This document shows, one piece after another, positions 43,566 to 57,787 of a stretch of DNA of 64,000 bases. The position numbers were made by a program, and so were the translations under genes. Source of the stretch: Octopus vulgaris (lineage: Eukaryota); contig OX597827.1 of assembly GCA_951406725.2 (NCBI GenBank), forward strand, positions 372,001 through 436,000. Reading direction: 5' to 3'. The notes beneath the pieces were generated by a model. The model saw only the letters and a program-made list of their open reading frames with translations, did no database searches and had not been told where the DNA came from. Numbering within the stretch: the first letter of the stretch is position 1; the number at the start of each line of letters is the position of its first letter.

Positions 43566-44185
43566 ATAACGCCTCTTCTCGATGCTAATTAACAAGTGAC
43601 ACAGTCAGCTCGCAGCTTTTTTCATTAGCCGCCATTGTTTACAACGGTGAAATTAGGAAGAAAACAACAACAACAACAACAGCAACAACAGCAACAAACA
43701 AACAAACAATGACAAGACAACAAAAACAAAAAAAAAACATAAAACAAAACAATGAATCTAACTCGGGATCAATGTCATTCATTTCAATTAATAATTAATA
43801 AAATAGCAAATTCTACAAAAATAAACACAGGTTATGCGTTATGTTGTGTGTTTGAAAGGATGTTTGTGGGTGTGTGTTTGTGTCACTCTTTGTGTGTGTT
43901 TGTGTGTGTGACTGTGTGTGTGTGTATGTGTGTGTGTGTGTGTGTGTTTGCGCGTTCCAAAAGAATGGTCACAGCCAGAAGGCCGTTGCACAAGAGTACG
44001 AAAATATGTTCAATGTTCACGTATTTCTTTTTGTGTGTGGGCAAGGACACGTGCGCTCACACACACACACGCGCGCGAGCGTTGGTGCATACACACTTGC
44101 ATACTATACATATGCGTATCTGTCTCTATTTCCAAGTATATATATATTTCACACACACACACACACGCACATGTGTGTATATATG

Positions 44186-44216
<31 letters not shown>

Positions 44217-44404
44217 GTATATATATATATGTATATATATATGTATATATGTATATATATATATATGTATATATATATGTATATAATTATACTGTATTTT
44301 TATAAACTGAAGACAAAGCTGATAAATTAGTTTCGTCTTTTATATTTTTTATATTATGCCCAAGAACGAAAAACATACGGTATGTATATACGTATGAATG
44401 AATA

Positions 44405-44439
<35 letters not shown>

Positions 44440-44539
44440 TACATATGAACGTGTGTGCATGTAAATACATACCTACATACATATATGCATGTTTACGCAC
44501 ACATACACAAACACACAAACACAAACACAAACACACACA

Positions 44540-44586
<47 letters not shown>

Positions 44587-46714
44587 ATATGTATATATGT
44601 ATCTATAAGAATTCTATTAAACACGATAATAATATCCTTGAAGATGTTATATTTTATAAAAAAATTATTTAAAAAATGTTTTTCTGCAATACGAAACACT
44701 TCAGAATAAAAATTGCTTATATTTTTTATTCTCTTAGCAAAAGAATATAGAAATATATCAGTAATATATATATATATATATCGATAAATACATAACGAAG
44801 CAAAAATGTTTTAAAACAAAATATATTCTTAAAAAAATATCCACTCCAAAATAACAATCAACTTCTTGAAAACTATTTTCAAAACTATATACAATCTGAT
44901 GTGATGAGCAATATTGTTTTTTTTTTGTTTTTTAATGCCTTGTTTCTCCCTGCTGATGACAGCTCAGCATATTTTTTAAAACTGTGAATTTAAAGCGGGA
45001 GTTGTAGAGTTTTAAGAGAGTTATGTTTTATTATTATTATTTTTTTCTTCTTCCTGTTTTGGCCATTGGGCTGCGACCACACTTGTGCACCGCATTGAAA
45101 GGCCTTAATCGAACAAATCCACCCAAGTATTTACTGTTTGTTATTTTTTAAAAAATTCTGCTACTTATTCTACCAGTTTCTTTTGCCGAACGGCTATTCC
45201 CAGGGACGCAAACAAACCAACAACCAGTTGTGAAGCTGTGGTGGGAGACAATCACAAAGACTTATACATATTGATAGATACATACATACATTATCTATCT
45301 ATCTGTCTGTGAATATATGTATATACAAACAGACATTCACACATATACATCACTCTCTCTCTCTCTCTTATATATATATATATATATACGACGGGCTTCA
45401 ACGCAGTTTCCGTCAGTCAGATTCACTCACAAGGCTTTGGTCTGTCCGTTGCCATAGTAGAAGACACTTACCCAAGGTGCCGCAGGATGGACTGAACCCG
45501 AAACCATGTGGTTGCAAATCGAACTTCTTAACCATACAGCCAGAAGCTTTGATAATTAGACAAGCGTTGATCATGTTCGAATGGATGGAAAGAATGAAGT
45601 TTAAGAGAAAAATTACAACATATGTGTAGCTTCTTTGGAGGAGGGTCAGATTTGCTCATAACCTCAGCGGCATCTGTCATATGCATCAGTTATGTACTGT
45701 AAATAAGTCTTTGATGAATCCTAGGGATCATAAGGCCAGAGGCTAATTCAGTTTCCGTGGCGTATAAATGGCTGGGGTTATAGCACTCACCACTTCTGAA
45801 CAGGAGGCCGGGTCGTCGCAGGGTTAACTTTCTAGCTATTGCTGCTGGCACTCATTTACAGCTGGGTGGACTGAAGCAACATGAAACGAAGTTTCTTGCT
45901 CAATAGCACACACAGCACATAGCCCAGATCGGAAATCGAAACTACGATATTATGATTGTGATGTAACATCCTGACCGCTAGGCTATGTTATTTAGTGGGC
46001 TAAGGTTTAATCGACTATACTCCCTTCTTTTTAACGACAAGCACAAGAAGAACGAATCATATCGAGGGACAACTCAGCAGTTGCTTAACTTGCTAGAAAT
46101 AACAGTGAAATCTTAGACAGACCAGACACTGACACAGGTAAATAAATAAATAAATAAAAAGAGAAAGGACAAGTTCATCACGCTACATTCTGGAAACAAT
46201 GTAACGGGATGGGCACGACTAGATTTGTTTGATAAGAACTTACCTTGGAATGAACAGCAATAATGACAACATGAATGTGAACAAACAAAAAATTCAAATG
46301 TATTGACGTGTTGAAGGTTAAAGAAATCAATAATTATTAAAGATTTTTTTTTTAATGCGACACAGGTCGTATAGTAATGTAATGATTATCTAAGTAATTA
46401 AGTTAATTTTGAAATAGGCTAATATAAATTAAAGAAAATGCCCACTGAAAAATGTCTTGTTTTATTTCCAAAACTGTGTTAAATAAGATTATTAAAGTAA
46501 TTTCAGATTGAAACAACGGTAGAAAACAACAAACAATATTTATTTGGTTCAACCAATCTGGATAAATTCTGTTCATCTGCTGCTGAAACAAATAATACCG
46601 TATTATGTAATGGTAAGTAGAACTAGATATTACTAATAAAGTAATTTTTGTTGCAGTCGTTTCGGTTTCATTATCTCAATCAGCCAACGAAACCACCTCC
46701 AGGTTTGCATGTAT

Positions 46715-47160
46715 TACGCAACCAAATCAACCAATGAATTTGAATTTTCTCAAGTGGACATTTGGCAATCAAAAACATTCTTTTCAATCAATTTGGTTCA
46801 CTGCTTTTGATTTCATTCATTATGTCCCAATCTACAATCGTGTATGTTGTTTGTTTTTCTTCCTGCGCAATCTGTGATAGAAAGTCAAAACAACATCTTG
46901 TTAACGATAAACAAAATGCTTTTTTAACAGAAGGATTTTGTAATTTGGATAAAGTTTGTAAGCGCTTTGAGAAGCATAAACTCTTTGCTATTTATTGTCA
47001 TCGCAATGCTATTAAAGTATAAAGTGTTGATTGCTAAACGTAAATAACGTTAGAGAATTGTTAGAGGAAGCTGCAAGAAAACATACCAGCAAATCGTAGA
47101 TGCATAATAAAAAATAATTCAGTGCTTGCACATCATTTACAGACAAAGAATTGGCATGTA
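46715..47160 (+). pseudogene. Degenerate hAT-type transposase N-terminal fragment (TTF-type zinc finger, ZMYM1-like)
   Basis: QPNQPMNLNFLKWTFGNQKHSFQSIWF ... VCFSSCAIC ... AFLTEGFCNLDKVCKRFEKHK..H ... NRRCIIKIIQCLHIIYRQ, with frameshifts. Confidence 0.7.
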
Positions 47161-47372
47161 AATATGAAGAATTGTCTAACTTGTATTAAGATAATACGAT
47201 TAAGAAGGAAAGATTAATTCGATTTTCTAGGGATGGCTCAACAAATCTAGTACAGGTGAATACTGATTAATACAAAACACTAAAATAAAAATTGGCATTT
47301 AGCATTTGATAACTGGGTGTCAAAATATTCGCATACAATAGAAGATGCCACCATACACTCTAACAATACTTC

Positions 47373-47415
47373 TTATCCTGAAGATGAACTTGAGAAAGTC
47401 TAGAAACGTCGAGGA
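47373..47415 (+). ncRNA. Minimal type I hammerhead-like motif
   Basis: CTGAAGA, stem II TGAACTT-GAGA-AAGTCTA, then GAAACGTC (palindromic ACGT stem III, GUC triplet). Stem I is weak. Confidence 0.45.
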
Positions 47416-49086
47416 ATGATTTAGAAATTTTGTTTCAAGTGAACTGCATGAAATTCATTCGGATATGTGAAAATCTCTTAATAAAAAGGCAAAAATAAAA
47501 TAGTTGTGTATACAGCAATATTTTTGTCAGCGTGGGGAATTTGAAATTATATTGTTTCATATTTTGGCACATGGCCAGCAATTTCAAGGGAGGAGTTAGT
47601 CGATTACATCGATCTCAGTGCTTAACTGATAGTTATTTTATCGATCGTCAAAGGATGAAAGGCAAAGTCAACTCCAGCAGAATTTGAGCTGAGAACATAA
47701 AGACGGACAAAATGCTGCTAAGCACTTTGTCCGGCGTGTTATCGATTCTGCCAGCTCGCCTTCTTGAATTTGAAATTATATCGATGGTTGTTTGATAACG
47801 AAATATAATAATATACAATTAACTGTTTTAGATTAGAGTACATCACTTGTGCGAAACCTGAAAGATACTTATGTACGAAGCAATTTAATACCTATATTTT
47901 TTTAGTATGTATATTCCAACATATTTTTTCATGTCTGCTAGATTATACTCTACGCCAGTATCGATAATTTTACATTCTATAACATAAGAAAATATATCGA
48001 CATACATTAAAAGACGCGTGTGTGTGTGTGTGTGTGTATGTGTAAATGTGTGTGCGTGTGTATGTATGTGCGGGCGTCTGTTTGTGCACATGTGGTTGTG
48101 ACTGTATCTGTGAACCTTACCCTTATATTTGTGTGTATATGCGTAAAAAAGATTCTCAAAAAGCTCTAAGCAGGGAGACAGACGCCCCGCAGAAAATTTT
48201 GTGACCTTCAGTGAGTGATTTTAAAGTGAATCTAACAAAGGGAGTTAAAGGGTGAGTAGCGAAGGGGAGATAAATCGTTGACCTATCCACCACACCCTTA
48301 CAACGCCCAAACTCGCACGCACACGCGTGCATACACACACAGTCTCTCTCCCTTTCTCTCTTCCTCTTTAACCCCTCACCGTGCTGACACTGTCACTCCA
48401 CAGCATCACGATATCCATCCTGACCTTCTGATGTCAACTGTTCCCAAAAGAAGAGAATCTTCTGTATTGATCTTCATAGTTTGCATGTCTTTTTCTAAGG
48501 GTAGAAGAGATCTAAATGACCTTACGAACGCCATCAACATTTTTTCACCGTTGTGAGATGTTGTTGGTTAGAGTTGCTAGAAATAGCAGTCAAATCTCCA
48601 TTAAACAACACCCTACTAATCTTCACCAAAAGAAATCTAATGTCGCAATTTCTGCATGTTTGGTGCAATGTGGGTGTATATTGGCTGCGTGAATAATAAC
48701 TGAAGCAAAACCTGCGAACAGTTAACTGAAATGTTTATTGATGGATACAAGAGTAATTATTGTTGGCCATTTACAATTAATATCGTTAAGAAATACGTAC
48801 TGGGAATAGAGAGAAAACCGCACTGGGTCAGCAGAAGCTTCTTATAAAACATCGTGTGAATGTTCATAATAGGACTGTCTGAGAATCTGGAGATGTCTGC
48901 ACAAATGTCCGGAATCGTCTGATGGTAAGAATGCAGGCGCAGCATAGCACTCAGTCGCCTTTTCAATACTCTGTGAAAAGTTTAGGCGCCAAAAGTACAT
49001 CACAGCACAACTTCACGCCGATTGGTTGATTAAGAGACCGATTACGTGACACTCTGTTGGTTCTCTCATGGTATCTGACCGGCTAT

Positions 49087-49322
49087 AAGGCGGTGAGCTA
49101 GCAGAATCGTTAGCACGCCGGGCGAAATGCTTTGTGGTATTTCGTCCGCCGCTGCGTTCTGAGTTCAAATTCCGCCGAGGTCGACTTTGCCTTTCATCCT
49201 TTCGGGGTCGATAAATTAAGTACCAGTTGCGTACTGAGGTCGCTGTAATCGACTTAATCCGTTTGTCTGTCCTTGTTTGTTCTTTCTGTGTTTAGCCCCT
49301 TGTGGGTAGTAAAGAAATAGGT
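49087..49322 (+). mobile_element. SINE family B, full length
   Basis: aggcggtgagctagcagaatcgttagcacg...gagttcaaattcc (B box)...tgtgggtagtaaagaaatag. Other copies at about 27750-27925, 32315-32500, 47555-47762 and 55720-55880 (-), and 52867-53300 (+). Confidence 0.9.
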
Positions 49323-49641
49323 ATCTAACCGGTTATCTAGTGGTTAGGTTTCGATTCACTGCTACACCCTGAAGGCGGAAGGGTCATGCTTAGAATGTTT
49401 TTGACTAACATATGTTTGTACGAAAAGGAATGACATACTGTGTTCAACAGCAATACCACCACCACCACCAGCAGCAGCAGCAGCAGCAGCAACCACCTCT
49501 GACAAGAAAAAGACAAGATGTCCTTTAATTATGGGTCTGTTCCTCCAGGTTTGATCTGGGAGGGCAGAGTAAATCTACACCAACAATAATAGCAGCAACA
49601 ATGCAGTAGCAGCCACAACAGCAACAACAACAACAACAGCA

Positions 49642-49708
<67 letters not shown>

Positions 49709-49840
49709 TTTTATCCAATCACATGACGTGCTGTATCGTCTGCGGAGATGAGGACAGTTAAGGATTTGTAGTTGTAATTGTTGTTGTGGTTGTGGTTGTG
49801 GTGGTGGTGGTGGTGGTTGTGATATTGAACGTCGTCGTCT

Positions 49841-49871
<31 letters not shown>

Positions 49872-51248
49872 AGTGATGGCAGTAGTTGTGACTGATGGCA
49901 ACTAAAACAAAGACAACTGCAAAAGCGAAGGCGACAACGACGATAATGAAGTGTTGTTGTTGATGATGACGATGATGGTGATAATAGTGGTGGTGGTGGT
50001 GGTGGTGGTGGTGGTGATGGTGAAGGTCATGGTTTAGGCAACTAAAAACAAAACAAAAACGTGATGACGATGACGGAAATGATGATGATGATGACGATAG
50101 TGGAAGTGGTTGTGGTAGTGATGAGGGTGTCGGTGATAAAAGTGTTGTGGCGTTGATGATAGTAGTAGTGGCGGTGGTGATGAAAAGAAGGTCATGACCA
50201 CGGCAAAAAAAACCCCAAACAAACAAAAAAGCGATGACGATGACGATAAAAACGAAGAAGATAATGAAGATGATGACGATGACGACGACGACGGTAAAGA
50301 GTGATGCTGTTGATGTTGATAATGTTGACACAGAACGATAATAGTGATGCTGATTCAATTACTCAATTAACAAATAACCTTAATTCACAAGTGCAAACTA
50401 TTTTCGCCCTCTACACGTTTAAAAAACCTAAATGTCAAACAATCGTATTCATCATTATTGTTATCGGCATTAGCATCACTATCGTTATCTTTACTATCTT
50501 CAGTGCCGTTGTAATCATCCTAGTAATGATGATGATGATATATATACACACAAACGCACATATCTGCGTGCATATTATTTTACGTTGTTTGCAGTGCGGA
50601 CCACTCCTTCAGTTATCAACTAGAGGTCACAACGATTTCGACACTTTCCAACAGGACCGCTACTGCCAGGAATACTATGTAGCATTGATGTTGTCAAAGA
50701 ATGCGTTATTTTGATCCACGCTGTAATACCCTTTTTTCATCTGTTATCCCTGATTGCAGGTGCGCAAACCAAATTGGGTGCAGCTGCAATCATTCCAGTT
50801 ATGCACCAATTATTTGGTTTTACTTCTCGCAGGCGATTTATTGTTCTTCTTTAATTTAGTCTTTCCCACATTGTCCTCGCCATATTTAACCATTTTCCGA
50901 TTTCCTCCCTGATTCACGAATTATTGATCTGCTATTCTTCTTAAGTCAAAAGCCAACCAAGCAGATAGATAAATAAAATTTAGCTGATAACCATCGGCAT
51001 CATTCCTTTACTGGAAGCATGCTGCCCTGCGCTACTCGTTCGGCATAATTTTGTAAGTCCTTTTTCTCGGTCTGTCCTTTCGTGTGATAATTCATATGGC
51101 CACCCCAAACTCTTTGAACAGAACAATCAATACTTTTCGTCCATCCGGTCAGACTTGATGGTATACATTGACTAAGGACACTGCTTCGTAATTACAATAT
51201 GACTTCTTAATTGCAATGTACTTCTTTCAAGTTCAGCTGTATCTTCCA

Positions 51249-51520
51249 ATCAAAAACACTTTTCAGAAGTCTGGGTTTCGAGTTGCCTTTGTTTATGTTC
51301 CTGCTTTGTCGTTTCTTATCCTCTTTGAGTAAAACAACGGGAAGCAACTTAGTATCGCTACTTATTGCACTGTTGCTGCTGCACTGATGTTTCAGTGCAT
51401 CAACAATGGTTGACATGCAACATTCCTGATTATGCTCTAAAGACACGCAAACGTTGCATTGATGGCGGAAACATAAACAAAGGCAACTCGAAACCCAGAC
51501 TTCTGAAAAGTGCTTTTGAT
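51249..51520. mobile_element. MITE-like element with 56-bp inverted arms
   Basis: atcaaaaacacttttcagaagtctgggtttcgagttgcctttgtttatgtt (from 51249) pairs with aacataaacaaaggcaactcgaaacccagacttctgaaaagtgcttttgat (to 51520). Confidence 0.8.
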
Positions 51521-51830
51521 CATCATCAACGTTTGGAAACCTGCATTATACTACTTTCTCGTCACAAAAATGTATCATCTTTGAATCGAATTGTAACATG
51601 TGATGAGAAATGGATCCAATACAACAACCGTAAACGTTCAGCACAATGGTTGGACAAAGACGAGCCACCAAAACACAGTCCAAAAAGCAAAATTCATCAA
51701 AAGAAGCTGATGGTGTGTATTTGGTGGTCTGGCGCAGGTGTGATCCATTATGATTTCATTAAACCTGGCTCATCAATCACGGCCGAAGTATACTGCAGCC
51801 AGCTGGACCAAATGATGCAAGAACTTACAA
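51521..51830 (+). pseudogene. Mariner transposase catalytic-domain fragment
   Basis: RIVTCDEKWIQYNNRKRSAQW...KIHQKKLMVCIWW..GVIHYDF.KPG.SITAEVYCSQL. Confidence 0.92.
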
Positions 51831-52045
51831 AAATAAAAAAAAAAGACATTACCTTAAGAGACAGCAATCCCCATACGTCGAAGCGACCATCACCAGAGTA
51901 TATCTAAATCAGCATTAACCAACATATCTTTCGTTTTTAATTCTGTATGGTTTGATTTTTGTGCAATTTGTCTGCTATTTTTAGCTGGCTGATTAACTAC
52001 GTGGTGGTTCTCTTTCCGGCTTGTGTTGTTAATATTATTTTGGGC

Positions 52046-52076
<31 letters not shown>

Positions 52077-52249
52077 GGTTGGTTGTGTGGCATAGGCGTG
52101 AGCATAGTGTGTGGTTAAAAAGCTCGCTTCTAAGCTACGCGGTTTCGATTCTAGCCCTGCTGCGCGGTACCTTGAGCTACTGCTTGCTCCCGATCAATGC
52201 CTAGTCAGTGAATTTGGTAGGTGGAAACAGTGTGTAAAATCATTGTATG

Positions 52250-52768
52250 TCATTATTCAGTTTTATTTCAAGATTTCTTGCCAATAGAGAAAGAACTGGT
52301 TTCTCACCTAGATCCAAGTCTCCTTCACTGCAATTTTAACGTCAACAACAGGGTATTTTTGTTTGTATGTATGTATGTGCAGATTTGTACGTTTTATGTA
52401 TGTATTCTCATGCATATAGTTGCATATCTAGACATGCTCATATATATTTAAATGATAAACTTCTGGAAAGTTTTACAGATTTTTATCGTTCCAGTGATGG
52501 ATTGGATCTGTAGTCTTCAAATTAGCTTTCTCCTTTCTGGTTTTGAGAAGCCTAATTTCTCAAGATTGGTATTTAGACAGTGTGTTACATATCCCAGGGC
52601 CCCAATAATTAAAGGTATAAACCTGAACTTGTAAGCTGCATAGAGTAACTGCAGTTTTCTCGATAGTTCAGCATAGGTGTTCTATTTTTCACTGATCTTC
52701 AGCTTTATGTTAACATCCGCTGGGCAACTAATTTCCACAACTGAGCACAGTTTCTCTTCTCTATCCCA

Positions 52769-52770
<2 letters not shown>
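52250..52770 (-). mobile_element. 3' end of an R4/Dong-like non-LTR retrotransposon (RLE domain + 3' UTR)
   Basis: [64 protein letters not shown]...ITGTIKICKTFQKF. The 5' break abuts (TACA)n. Confidence 0.88.
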
Positions 52771-52799
<29 letters not shown>

Positions 52800-53300
52800 T
52801 GTATGTATGTATGTATGTATGTATGTATGTATGTATGTATGTATGAAGGGCAGCGAACTGGCAGTAACGTTAGCGAAAGGCGGAGAGCTGGCAGAAACGT
52901 TAGCACACCGGGCGAAATGCTTGGCGGTATTTCGTCTACCGTTACGTTCTGTGTTCAAATTCCGTCAAGGTCGACTTTGTGTTTCATCCTTTCGGGGTCG
53001 ATAAATAAAGTATCAGTTACGCACTGGGGTCGATGTAATCGACTTAATCCGTTTGTCTGTCCTTGTTTGTCCCCTCAATGTTTACCCCCTTGTGGGCAAT
53101 AAACAAACAAGAATCGTTAGCAAAATGCTTAGCGATATTTCGTCTGTCTTTATTATCTGAGCTCAAATTCCGCCGAGGTTGACTTTGCCTTTCATCTTTT
53201 CGGGGTCGATAAATCAAAGTACCAGTTGCGTACTTGGGTCGATCTAATCAACTGGCCCCCTCCCCCAAAATTTTCGGGCCTTCTACCTCGAGGAGAAAAG

Positions 53301-53334
<34 letters not shown>

Positions 53335-54277
53335 TGTATGTATGTATGTATGTATGTATGTATGTATGTGTTCGTATATATGTGTGTGTACGTGTTTCTA
53401 CACGCGTACATTATATTATGTAATTACAAGCATGTGTATGTTTGTGTATATGTATGTGCATGTGCACGTGTACATATGTGTACACGTGTTGACAATGTGT
53501 GTATATGTGTTCTTAAATATGTATGTGTGTGTGTGTGCGCGCGCGCATGTGGCTATACGTAGTTTTGCATATGAATGTGCTCGCGTTTGTTTCTACATGT
53601 TTACATGTGTATAAGCATGTGCACAAATATATGCATCTTCCTGAATTATACATGCGTGTGTCTGAACGTATATGTATACATGGGTGTATACATGCCGATT
53701 TGGTGTGTATATGAGGATGTATATACATACTCATGTGCATGTGTATACATCACATGTGCTTACATACAAGTCTACGGGTGCATGTGTATGCATACGTTTA
53801 CAAGTACACATGTGCATATGTGTGTTTTAATATGTGCACATGAAGTGTCATGTATCTGTATTTCTGTGCATGTGAAAGTCTATACGCATGCGTGTTTGTC
53901 CACATATTACGGGGTTAGAACACGACGGAGATTACATTGCACTCAAAATAAACTTGAATAGATTAGATCAAAATAAGTCCATGACTCACTGGCTCCTTGT
54001 GTCTTTGAAAAACAAGATGAATGGATAGGTTGATAAATGGTGGGATAAGGTTTATTTTGTTTTTTGTTGTTTTTTGACCCCCAAGAAAGACTTGATCAAA
54101 CGGACTTATGCTCAGAGGGTATTTAGATATAACGGCTACGACTTTTCCCTTCCAAGCATAGTCTATCCTGGACTACATTCACGATGTGTCCTTTTTATTC
54201 TTAAGAAGTTTATGCAAGAATTAAGATATCTGTTGGAGTTTATACACACGCGCGCTCACACACATACACACACTCAC

Positions 54278-54322
<45 letters not shown>

Positions 54323-54450
54323 TAAATAGATATGTATATATACATGCAACAATGGTATGGAATGGGTAAGAAGAATCCCGCATATATAGGCAATTATCAT
54401 TGTTTCTCATTCATTTATACATACATACATACATACGCACACATGTATAT

Positions 54451-54484
<34 letters not shown>

Positions 54485-57400
54485 ATATACATACGCACAC
54501 ATGTATATATATATAAATACAAGCACAGGCATACGCATATACAAACATGCAGAGAAAACGAGGAAGGTTATGAGATGAGGAGAGAAACAAATATGTAATA
54601 TACTGAGTTAAGCAATAAAAGACGAGGAAAAGCGTAGAAATATGAAACAAAACAACAACAATGAAAGAGTGTGTACAATGAAAATTAATTCGCCAAAGAA
54701 AAGACTAGAAAGGCATCGGAGTTTTGGTTTAGATTCATGAAAGAGACGGGAAAAGAATACGGGATTGAAGAGAAAAAGAAATAGAAACGGTACCGAATTT
54801 ATGCCTTTTGTTTAAATTGCAGGTCTAATGTGTGTGTGTGTGTCTGTGTGTGGGTTCGTGAATGGTGTGTGTATGTGTGTTAATATTGTGTGACCCCTGT
54901 TGTACTCTTTCACCACAACTTTCTCTCACTATTTCTTCCTGTTTCTTGAGTAACGCTGCGATGGACTGGCATCCCGTCCAGTTGGGGGGAACACATACGC
55001 CACAGAAACCGGGAAACTGGGCCCATGAGCCTGGCTAGGCTTGAAAAAGGCGACGAAAAAAGTGTCTTATCGAACAAGAGATAACATTCTTATCGCATTT
55101 TCTTAATGCTGCTTGAGTTTTAAAAGCGAGCGAGGGTCAACCACAATGGTTTCATTATTCAGTCAAGAACTGAGAGCCCAAGGATTATTAACTTTGAAAG
55201 ACATAACGAGGCACCAATTCCATACAAATCTTATAATTAATGGAATTTTTGGCATGTCCTCAAAATGACCAACATAAGTCGACATAAAAGTTTAGCATCA
55301 AAAGTTTAGACTGATAGAATTTCTGGTTCTATTTCCAGAAGACCAAGTATGTTTTCAGATGATCTGATACATGTTACCAAATGATCTTATAGAAATTTCC
55401 AGATGATCTGATATTTGTTTTCAGATTATCTGATTTGTTTGTTGGTGATCTGATACCTGCTTCCAGGAGCTAAGTAACCTATGTCAATGAAAAATTATAA
55501 AAGTTCTGTCAAAATATAAAACGGAATATCCGCAGTGGATTCGAACTCAAAAATTTTCAGATGGTAAATAGTTTGGTCATTTTATTTTTACACAGCTTTC
55601 TGTGAGAAAAAATCCGTTATGTAGTTTGTTTACTCTAGTTGTAATCAGTTCTTGTAAGTTTAAAATTATCCTAATCTTAATCTTTTAAGTAATTCCATTC
55701 TCACCAAGGATGGTTTATTAGATCAATCCTATTATTTAAGCTGGTACCTTATTTTCTCAATCCCCAGAAGGATGAAAGGCAAAGCTGACGTTGGGTAGGA
55801 TTTGAATTTAGAACGTAAAAGATCGCAACAAATATCGAAAGGTATTTAGTTCGGCGCTTTAACGATTCTGCTAAACAGCCACAGGAACAGAAACGAATTC
55901 CACAACTTCTGAATTTTCGTCTCTGAAAAGAGAAAAATAAATGTTCATTTTTTCATAGTAATTAGTTCCGTACGTTTAGGCATGTCGGGTTGTGACTTTA
56001 ACTTTTACTTCCCGAGGGTAGGGTCTATAAGGGAGTGGGTAGATTAACTACGCAGTAGGCATCTTCTTGGATTCACTCAACTATACCTAAATACATGCCT
56101 ATCCATACACCTCCTGATAACATGTGGCCTGGTGCCAATAGAAAAAATCAATAATGTTACAAGTTCATTTGAAGTATTTGAAAAATGAGAAACATAATCT
56201 TGACTAAACAAAAGACTGCTTGATTCGGGTTAAACAATAGGTTAAAGGTTGAAGCATCCTGTTTGAATAGCTATTCTAGCAGACAATTCCATCACGCTAC
56301 GATTTGCAAAAGGGGATAGAGCAGGTTAAAATGGGATGCATACACACATGATGAATTACGATACTTCAGCTGCTCTCTGAAAAGCCCAAGAGAATAAGGT
56401 TGTGTGCATTTGCTAATGTGATGATACGCATCTCCCTGATGTATTTAAAGGATGATGCATCTCTTACAATAGTTAATGAACAAAATTAATTAAAACTCAT
56501 TACAAAGCCGGATTATGACTTAATGCAAAGCAGATGTGAAGTGTCAGAGATGTTTTGTGTATAATATATTGAATTCGATTCCTCGAAGATAACCATCAGA
56601 TAATATAGTTTGTAGACTGTAATTCGCAATGATGTTATACTTTACTTCCTTCTATTGGCTTGGTCTGGCGGCCAGAGAGGAGGCTCCACCCATGGCCTTC
56701 ACAGTTCATCCGGGACCACTGACATCAATGCGTATGATGTTCCACTTCAAAATCTCTAAGTTGGTGGCTGCAGGAAAAGAAAAAAAAAGACATATGATGA
56801 AAAGGAGCTCCAGGGGTAAAGGGGAGGAAGAACTGGACGCAGAAGTTTAGTGTGGGAGCTAAAGGGTTGCTGATAGACACAGTATGGGCGAGAAGAGGAG
56901 GAAAGATGATTATTCGGAAATGCATTAGTGGAGGTAGCACGATAACAGATGTTTTTGAGGAACAGAGGTCATTGAGGAAGCAGTAGAGAAGGTAGAGAGA
57001 GGGAGGAGAGAGAGAGAGAGAGAGAAAGAGGGAAACAGATGGCGAGAGAGAGGGAGAGAAAGAAAGAGAGAAGAGATAAAGGGAGAGAGAGTGGGAGAGA
57101 GAAAGAGAGGGAGAGAGAGAGGGTGAGGTACATTTGTGAACTAGGGGTTTGAGGTACATTTATGAACTAGGGGTTTGAGGTGAGTGACATTCATCCAATC
57201 ATTTGGTGGATGTTTTAGAGGTGCAGAGAAGGTGGTGTGTATGTCTGGGTATGTTTTGGCAGTCATTTTGGTGCCGCCCATTTAGCGTTGCTGATTCAAT
57301 GCCGACTTATTTGACATCTGACGTTTTGATGTTTCTTTCGTTCTCGCCCTCTCCTTTCTCTCCCCTCTCTTCTCCCCCTCTCTTCCTCTCTCTTTATTTC

Positions 57401-57554
57401 CTTTTCAGTTTATGTAGGTGAACATATTTCTTTTTATGTGTCTGAGGAGAGGGTATCTTTTTATATCAATCATTTTCAATTAATAAACTGTTGTATCTCT
57501 TTCTGCCTCTCTCCTTTCTTACTCCTTCTCTATACATCTGTATGTGTATATACC

Positions 57555-57787
57555 TATTTCTTTACTACCCACAAGGGGCTAAACACAGAGGGAACAAACA
57601 AGGACAGACAAACGGATTAAGTCGATTACATCGACCCCAGTGCGTAACTGATACTTAACTTATCGACCCCGAAAGGATGAAAGGCAAAGTCGATCTCGGC
57701 GGAATTTGAACTCAGAACGTAACGGCAGACGAAATACGGCTACGCATTTCGCCCGACGTGCTAGCGTTTCTGCCAGCTCTCCGCCTT
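57555..57787 (-). mobile_element. SINE family B with imperfect TSD
   Basis: Full-length copy flanked by ctgtatgtgtatata / ctgtttgtgtatata. Confidence 0.9.

Noticed and set aside
42801-43566. Poly-Asp and poly-Leu proteins
   Set aside because: Translations of trinucleotide microsatellites.
50700-51240. Coding-looking unique segment on the minus strand
   Set aside because: Multiple stops and no motif I can assign.
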